Source: Myxococcota bacterium (GTDB lineage: Bacteria > Myxococcota_A > UBA796 > CAJQPC01). Taken from it: a stretch of 64,000 nt of DNA. A program made the position numbers and the translations under genes. The DNA lies in contig DASCPX010000157.1 in the NCBI GenBank assembly GCA_036012755.1, positions 10,944-74,943 on the forward strand, written 5' to 3'. Of this stretch, positions 58,179-64,000 are shown piece after piece. Within the stretch, counting starts at the first letter, position 1. Every line of letters starts with the position of its first letter. Under the pieces are notes generated by a model. It did not search any database and was not told the DNA's origin. It saw nothing but the letters and a program-made list of their open reading frames with translations.

Positions 58179-61100
58179 ATGCGCATCCGAAAGCTCGAGC
58201 TCCAGGGCTTCAAGTCCTTCGTCGACCGCCAGTCCTTTCACTTCGGCGAGGGCATCGCGGGCGTCGTGGGCCCCAACGGCTGTGGAAAGTCGAACATCGT
58301 CGATGCGATCAAGTGGGTCATCGGCGAGCAGTCCGCAAAGAGCCTGCGTGGACAGGCGATGCAGGACGTCATCTTCAACGGCTCAGAGGGTCGCAACAAG
58401 GTGGGTCTCGCGGAGGTCATCGTCACCTTCGTGCGAGGTCCGCAGCCCTTCCCGAAGGACTACGCGCGGTTCGAGGAGATTCGGATCGGCCGTCGACTGT
58501 ATCGGGACGGAACGAGCGAGTACCTCATCAACCAGGTCAAGGTCCGCCGCAAGGACATCGTGGAGCTGCTGCTCGACACGGGCATCGGGAACAAGCTCTA
58601 CAGCTTCATCGAGCAAGGCCAGATCGGGCAGATCGTGCAGGCCCGCCCCGAGCAACGCCGCGGCCTGCTCGAGGAAGCGGCGGGTATCTCCCGCTTCAAG
58701 GCGCGAAAGCGCGAGACGGAGCAGAAGCTCGAGGTCACCGCCCAGAACCTCGACCGCGCCACCGACGTCGCCGAGGAGCTGGGTCGTCGGCTGAGGACCC
58801 TGGAGCGCCAGGTCTCCAAGGCCGCGCGCTATCGGCGCTTGCAGGCCACCGTGCGTCAGCACGAGCTGTTCCTGGGGCTCGCGAAGTACGCGGCGCTGTC
58901 CGGGGACCGTCGAGCCCTGCAGGAGCGACACCGCGAGTGCACCAGCGATCTCGGCCAGCTCGGTCGTGACGTCGAGCGCCGGGACGGCGAGCTCCAGGGC
59001 GCCCGGGGCGAGATCGCCGTCATGCAGACGGTCGTGACCCGGCTGCGCGAGGAGATCGCGGAGCTCGAGGCCCAGCGTCGCGAGCTGGACGCGACCCACC
59101 GCCTCCAGGCGAGAGAGAACCGGGAGCTCGAGCTGCGCGCCGGGGCTGTCGTCCGGGACCTCGAGGAAGCCGGCCGCCAGCAGGACCAGGCCGGCCAGGA
59201 GCAATCGCGCAGCGAGGTCGAGCTGGCGGAGGCGAGGCTGGCGCTGGAGGACCGGGACGCCCTCTTCGACGCCCAGGCCCGGGCGGCCCGGGAGATCGGG
59301 GAGCGTCTCCACAGGGTTGGCGGCGAGGTGGAGGAGGCGAAGTCGGAGCACATGGTCAGGGTGACCAGGCTAGTGCGGCGGCGGACACACCTGGGTGCAA
59401 GCGAGCAGCGGCTCGGGCAGCTGGCCGAGCAGGCCTCGACCATCCGTCCGCGGCTGAAGGAGGTCGGAGCGCGGGTGTGCGAGCTGCAGACGCTCTCGTC
59501 GACCGCCGTCGCCGAGCGCGAGGCCCAGGAGCTGGTCCGCGATGGCTGCAGGGACGACGCGCTCCATGCCAGGCAGCGCCTCGCCCGGGCCGAGGAGCAG
59601 CAGGCGACCCTGGGTCAGACGGTGCGGGAGGCCGACGACGTCCTGGCCACGGTCAGCCGCGAGGCCGCTGGTCTGGAAGCCAGGGTCCAGTCGCTCCAGT
59701 CGCTCCAGGACGCTCGGGTCGGCGTGGAGGGAGGCGCCCGCGAGGTGCTCGATGCCCTCGACACCCACGGGCTCCTCGCCGAACACCTCGAGATCCCCGA
59801 CTCCAAGCGCGAGCTCGTCGAGGTCGGCCTCGGCTCGAAGCTCGACACGGTCCTGCTCAGGAGTCGTGGCCAGCTCGACGAGGCCATCGCCTTGTGCGGC
59901 GACTGGACGACCCTCCGGGTGGTCGAGGATCCGTCTCCCATCTCGGCGGAGATCCTGGCATCGATCCGGGCGGTGGATTCCCTCGACGAGGCGCTCGCCG
60001 GAGGGGAGAGCGTAGTCGTGCCCTCGCTCGGGGTTCGCGTCGACGCCGACGGCACGGTGCACGCGGGCAGGGGGGCCCCCTCGGGCGTGGTGCTCCTGGA
60101 GCGCCGCCGCGAGCTGACGGCTCTCGCGGAGTCCCTCGAGGGAGCCCGGGCCCGTCTCGAGCAGGCGGAGGCGGCGAGCCTCACGGCCCGCGCTGCCGTC
60201 GACGGTGGGCGCGAGGCGATCCGACTGGCCCGCCAGCACCTGGAGTCGCGGCGGACCACCGAGCGCGAAGCGGACAAGGCCCTTGCCGGCGCTCGAGACC
60301 TCGCAAAGGACCACGCTCGCAACCTGCTCTCCGAACAAGAGCGGCTGGAACGCCTCCAGACGGAGTCTGTGCGCTTCGAGGAGGAAGAGGCGGCGATCCG
60401 CGGCCGGATGGACGACGAGCGCTCGGCCATCGCGGTGGAGGAGGAGGAGCAGGCCTCCGTCGAAGAGCGCCTCAGTCGTCTGCAGGCGGAGCTCGCCGAG
60501 CTCCAGAGCGCCTCGGCGGCCGCGCGGGAGGCGGCAGCGCGGGCCCGCACCGAGCAGAGCGCCGTCCAGGAGCGCGTGGTCTTGTTGAAACGGGCGCGGG
60601 ATGGCGCCTCGAGCCGCCGCGAGCAGGCCTCGGAGCGGGCCGAGCGCGCGAGCGCCGAGCTGATGAAGGCTCGGGAGCGGCTTGCATTCCTGGAGCGCGA
60701 CGATCAGCGCATCGCCGCCGCGCTGGAGGAGCTCCAGGGCCAGCAGGGCGACAACCGGGACCGCCTGGGGCTGGAAGGCGAGCGCCTCAAGACCGCCCAG
60801 GAGAGCATCGCCGGCGCCGAGGCGACGCTCCGTGGACGCCGGGAGCAGCTCCAGAAGGTCCAGGCCCGCTCCACTCGAATGGAGCTCCGGTTGCAGGAGG
60901 TCAAGCTCGGCATCGACACCCTGCGCCAGCGCGTCGAGGCTCGCTACCAGGTGTCGCTGCCCGGCCTGCTCGACCGGCTCGAGCGAGACCACGCGCTCCT
61001 GCTGGAGGCAGGCGAGGCGGCTCGCGCGGAGCCGCCGGTGCACGGCCTGGGCCTGGAGCCGGTCGAGGATCTCCGCGTCGTCCCAGCGGACCTCGAGCGC

Positions 61101-61754
61101 GAGGAGCTGGTCGTCGCTCGCCTGGCCGTGCTCGACAAGGCGAAGGCCGGCCTGGAGCGCCTCGGTGAAGTGAACCTCGCCGCGATGGAGGAGTACGGTG
61201 CCGTCGCCGAGCGTCACGGCTGGCTCGAAGAGCAGCGCCTGGATCTCGAGGAGTCCGTGGCGCGTATTCGGAAGACCATCGCCGAGATCAACAGGACGTG
61301 CCGGGAGCGCTTCCGAGAGGCCTTCGACAAGGTCGACACCGAGTTCCGGCGCGTCTACCCGCGCCTGGTCGGCGGTGGCCAGGGCCGGCTGCGGTTGACG
61401 GACGAGGACGACCTGCTGGAGACCGGTGTCGACATCTACGTGCAGCCGCCGGGGAAGCGTCTTCAGAACCTGACGCTGCTGTCCGGCGGTGAAAAGGCGA
61501 TGTGCGCCATCGCGCTCCTCTTCGCCCTGTTCCGCGTGAAGCCCTCGCCCTTCTGCCTGCTCGACGAGGTCGACGCGCCCCTCGACGAGAGCAACGGCGC
61601 CCGCTTCAACGCGGTGCTCAAGGAGATGAGCGAGCTCACCCAGTTCATCATCATCACCCACAACAAGAAGACGATGGAGGTCATGGACACCCTCTACGGG
61701 GTGACCATGCCGGACCCCGGCGTCTCGAGGCTCGTCTCCGTCGAGGTCAGCTGA
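58179..61754 (+). CDS. smc: chromosome segregation protein SMC
   Basis: GFKSF, GPNGCGKSN, IEQG, long coiled coils, central hinge, LSGGEK, LLDEVDAPLD and ITHNK motifs. Confidence 0.97.
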   Translation: MRIRKLELQGFKSFVDRQSFHFGEGIAGVVGPNGCGKSNIVDAIKWVIGEQSAKSLRGQAMQDVIFNGSEGRNKVGLAEVIVTFVRGPQPFPKDYARFEEIRIGRRLYRDGTSEYLINQVKVRRKDIVELLLDTGIGNKLYSFIEQGQIGQIVQARPEQRRGLLEEAAGISRFKARKRETEQKLEVTAQNLDRATDVAEELGRRLRTLERQVSKAARYRRLQATVRQHELFLGLAKYAALSGDRRALQERHRECTSDLGQLGRDVERRDGELQGARGEIAVMQTVVTRLREEIAELEAQRRELDATHRLQARENRELELRAGAVVRDLEEAGRQQDQAGQEQSRSEVELAEARLALEDRDALFDAQARAAREIGERLHRVGGEVEEAKSEHMVRVTRLVRRRTHLGASEQRLGQLAEQASTIRPRLKEVGARVCELQTLSSTAVAEREAQELVRDGCRDDALHARQRLARAEEQQATLGQTVREADDVLATVSREAAGLEARVQSLQSLQDARVGVEGGAREVLDALDTHGLLAEHLEIPDSKRELVEVGLGSKLDTVLLRSRGQLDEAIALCGDWTTLRVVEDPSPISAEILASIRAVDSLDEALAGGESVVVPSLGVRVDADGTVHAGRGAPSGVVLLERRRELTALAESLEGARARLEQAEAASLTARAAVDGGREAIRLARQHLESRRTTEREADKALAGARDLAKDHARNLLSEQERLERLQTESVRFEEEEAAIRGRMDDERSAIAVEEEEQASVEERLSRLQAELAELQSASAAAREAAARARTEQSAVQERVVLLKRARDGASSRREQASERAERASAELMKARERLAFLERDDQRIAAALEELQGQQGDNRDRLGLEGERLKTAQESIAGAEATLRGRREQLQKVQARSTRMELRLQEVKLGIDTLRQRVEARYQVSLPGLLDRLERDHALLLEAGEAARAEPPVHGLGLEPVEDLRVVPADLEREELVVARLAVLDKAKAGLERLGEVNLAAMEEYGAVAERHGWLEEQRLDLEESVARIRKTIAEINRTCRERFREAFDKVDTEFRRVYPRLVGGGQGRLRLTDEDDLLETGVDIYVQPPGKRLQNLTLLSGGEKAMCAIALLFALFRVKPSPFCLLDEVDAPLDESNGARFNAVLKEMSELTQFIIITHNKKTMEVMDTLYGVTMPDPGVSRLVSVEVS

Positions 61755-61793
61755 TCGGCTCCCGCTCGGCGCGATCGGGCGATAGTCGGGGCC

Positions 61794-62867
61794 ATGCCGA
61801 TCGGTACATACGAGCTCGCCATCGTCGTCATCCTGGTCGTCGGCATCGCGGCGGCGGCATGGCTGGGTTGGAAGTCCCGCCCCAAGCTGCCGGCACCAGA
61901 GGACCGCCAGAGCATCCAACAACGCGCTGGCATCGAGCCGGACGCCGACGAGGTCGCTGCCCCGCTGCCCCCCACGGCCTTCGAGCGCTTCAAGCTCGGC
62001 TTCGCGAGGACCTCTTCGGCGCTCGCGGGGCTCTTCGGTGGCAGCACCGTCGACGCGGCCCTGTTCGACTCCCTGGAAGAGGCGCTGATCGGGGCTGACG
62101 TCGGCGTGAAGACGTCGATGTCCCTGGTCGGAGAGCTCAGGGAGCAGGCACGGGCCGAGGGCATCGAGGAGCCCGAGGCTCTTCGCGGCGCCTTGCGCGA
62201 AGCCCTGAAGAGCCGACTGGGCCGTTTCTCTCCAGAGCTATGCCCTGCACCCGAAGATGGCGCCTATGTCGTGCTGGTCGTCGGCGTGAACGGCAGCGGG
62301 AAGACGACCTCGATCGGCAAGCTGGCGAGCCGCTTCAAGGGGGAGGGGAGGAAGGTCCTGCTCGGCGCGGGGGACACCTACAGGGCTGGTGCCATCGAGC
62401 AGCTTCGCGTCTGGAGCGAACGCGCGGGCGTGGACATCGTCGCCCACCAGGAAGGGGCGGATCCCTCGGCCGTGCTCTTCGACACGCTGAAGGCGGCCCA
62501 GGCACGGGGCCATGACACCGTCATCTGCGACACCGCCGGCCGACTCCAGAGCAAGCGGCCCCTGATGGAGGAGCTCGGCAAGGTCACGCGGGTGATCGGA
62601 AAGGCTTGCCCGGGCGCGCCCCACGAGGTGCTCCTGGTCGTCGACGGGACGACCGGGCAGAACGCGCTGTCCCAGGCCAGGGTCTTCGGCGACGTCACGG
62701 GCGTCACCGGTGTAGTCCTCACCAAGCTCGACGGCACCGCGAAGGGTGGCGTCGTGGTGGCCGTGATGGAGGAGCTCGAGATGCCCGTGAAGTTCGTGGG
62801 GATCGGCGAGGGCATCGACGACCTTCGCCCCTTCGAAGCCGGTGCTTTCGTTGACGCACTCTTCTGA
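61794..62867 (+). CDS. ftsY: SRP receptor FtsY with N-terminal TM anchor
   Basis: GVNGSGKTT, DTYRAGA, DTAGR, TKLDGTAKGG and GIGEGIDDL.PF motifs. Confidence 0.96.
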   Translation: MPIGTYELAIVVILVVGIAAAAWLGWKSRPKLPAPEDRQSIQQRAGIEPDADEVAAPLPPTAFERFKLGFARTSSALAGLFGGSTVDAALFDSLEEALIGADVGVKTSMSLVGELREQARAEGIEEPEALRGALREALKSRLGRFSPELCPAPEDGAYVVLVVGVNGSGKTTSIGKLASRFKGEGRKVLLGAGDTYRAGAIEQLRVWSERAGVDIVAHQEGADPSAVLFDTLKAAQARGHDTVICDTAGRLQSKRPLMEELGKVTRVIGKACPGAPHEVLLVVDGTTGQNALSQARVFGDVTGVTGVVLTKLDGTAKGGVVVAVMEELEMPVKFVGIGEGIDDLRPFEAGAFVDALF

Positions 62868-62908
62868 CTCGCCACGCGTTACGCTCTCGCGCGAGCCCGG
62901 AGCAGCAG

Positions 62909-63190
62909 ATGGCCACGCAGATCACAATCCGAGGACGGCAGTACAGCCTTCGTTCTGACGAGGACGACGAGGATCTCGCCGCGATCGCCGCATACGTGGA
63001 CAGCAAGATGAGCGAGGTCGCCCGCAGCAGCTTCGACGAGCACACGGTCGCGCTGCTCGCTGCCCTGAACATCGCATCCGAGTACCACCGCTTCCGCAAG
63101 AACCTCTCCGGACGCATCGATGACCTCGACCGCGAGGCAGCGGCCATCGACGCCATCCTGGAGGCCGCCCTCCCCGAAGACCCGGGGTGA
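62909..63190 (+). CDS. zapA: cell division protein ZapA
   Basis: ITIRGRQYSLR...L..IAAYVDSKM...ALLAALNIA.E followed by a coiled coil. Confidence 0.9.
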   Translation: MATQITIRGRQYSLRSDEDDEDLAAIAAYVDSKMSEVARSSFDEHTVALLAALNIASEYHRFRKNLSGRIDDLDREAAAIDAILEAALPEDPG

Positions 63191-63660
63191 GCCTCACGGC
63201 CGTCTGGGGTCGTATTGGCGAAGCCACCCGGGGCCGCGTCGTCGCGCTCGTCCTCGGTCTGCCGGCCTGGACCGTCCTGGGGATCGCCTCCTGGCTGGAC
63301 GCCGACCCATCGGGTCACGGCACGCACAGGCAGCTCGGCCTCGGGACCTGCACCATCCTGAGCATGACGGGATGGTCCTGTCCGATGTGCGGCATGACGA
63401 CCACCTTCACCCACATGGCGCACTTCTCGGTCCTGGACGCCGTCACGACGCAGCCCTTCGGAGTCGTGCTGTTCCTCTTGACCCTCGCGGTCGCCCTGAT
63501 GTCTGTCGTCGAGCTCGTGCGACCCGCAGGCCGCCTGACCCGCGCGTGGGCCTGGACGATGCAGCGCGAGGCGGTCATCGCGGGCGCCCTGTTGGGTGGA
63601 CTGGCGCTCGGATGGGTCTACAAGCTGTGGGAGATGCAGGCCGGCCCCTTCGGCCCCTGA
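63187..63660 (+). CDS. DUF2752 family membrane protein
   Basis: GHGTHRQLGL..C...TGWSCPMCGMTT.F...QPFG motif. Confidence 0.85.
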   Translation: MSLTAVWGRIGEATRGRVVALVLGLPAWTVLGIASWLDADPSGHGTHRQLGLGTCTILSMTGWSCPMCGMTTTFTHMAHFSVLDAVTTQPFGVVLFLLTLAVALMSVVELVRPAGRLTRAWAWTMQREAVIAGALLGGLALGWVYKLWEMQAGPFGP

Positions 63661-63799
63661 GATGATCCCCGGCGAAGAGCCGGTTGCCCGAGGGCTTTCC
63701 GCAGAGTGCCCAGAGAGCGCTTGCTCGGGGCCTCAGCGGCGTTAAATGCCGGTGGCCCCAGGGGCTGGGAGCAAGCCTTCCGACCCCCCAAAAAGTCGC

Positions 63800-63828
63800 T
63801 TGACCCCCATATCGAGCGGCATTAAGTA
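63800..63828 (+). promoter_or_regulatory. probable sigma70 promoter of the rRNA operon
   Basis: TTGACC-N17-TAAGTA preceded by an A tract and followed by a GC-rich discriminator; the -10 is imperfect. Confidence 0.55.
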
Positions 63829-63841
63829 CGCGGGGCTCAAT

Positions 63842-63881
63842 CGGCGACCCCAGATCGGAGCGCCGGTTCGGTCTTTGAAAA
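63842..63881 (+). promoter_or_regulatory. rrn leader antitermination boxB-like hairpin and boxA
   Basis: CGGCG...CGCCG stem followed by GGTCTTTGAAAA, similar to the boxA consensus GCTCTTTAACA. Confidence 0.65.
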
Positions 63882-63982
63882 ACAGATAGCAGCTCTGTCG
63901 ATTCTTTTAGAGTTAATCGCTTGGACAAGCGTCCAGGTAGACGAATTCTTCTTAGACTTTCGGGTCTAGGTCGAACGTTTTA

Positions 63983-64000
63983 CAACTGGAGAGTTTGATC
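63983..64000 (+). rRNA. rrs: 16S rRNA, extreme 5' end (partial)
   Basis: CAACTGGAGAGTTTGATC matches the universal 16S 5' end (AGAGTTTGATC), preceded by an AT-richer leader with boxA. Confidence 0.9.

Noticed and set aside
63190..63800. 6S RNA (ssrS), often found downstream of zapA
   Set aside because: A DUF2752 gene overlaps the zapA stop. I could not see a long rod with a central bubble in 63660-63800; an Rfam scan would settle it.

Overview
High-GC, gene-dense bacterial chromosomal window. Gene content and style suggest a Myxococcota/deltaproteobacterial lineage (inference). Mostly housekeeping: leuA(partial)-leuB; a mevalonate operon (class II HMG-CoA reductase, MVK, MvaD, PMK, type 2 IDI) continuing into glycerate kinase and a BCP peroxiredoxin; an Opp/Dpp-type ABC transporter; two B12-binding radical SAM genes; rho-like/rpmE/prfA/prmC; an HDOD-GGDEF protein; an orphan Flp pilin with a consensus sigma54 promoter; ALDH7; murJ; a histidine kinase plus PilB/GspE-REC fusion; deoC-deoB-deoA-nupC; smc-ftsY-zapA; and an rRNA promoter/leader with the first bases of 16S. 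Most notable observations: (1) the Rho homologue at the canonical rho-rpmE-prfA-prmC locus keeps its RNA-binding domain but has lost the main ATPase catalytic residues; (2) DeoC has an N-terminal extension with two helices resembling microcompartment encapsulation peptides; (3) a pilus/T2SS ATPase has both an MshEN-like domain and a receiver domain and is coupled to a kinase; (4) exported proteins repeatedly have very short signal peptides; (5) decayed accessory DNA (four-helix-bundle remnant with palindromic repeats, and a symporter/glycosidase deletion scar) and several non-coding palindromes. No CRISPR array, tRNA, intact transposase or reverse transcriptase was seen. All calls come from reading motifs by eye; no searches were run.
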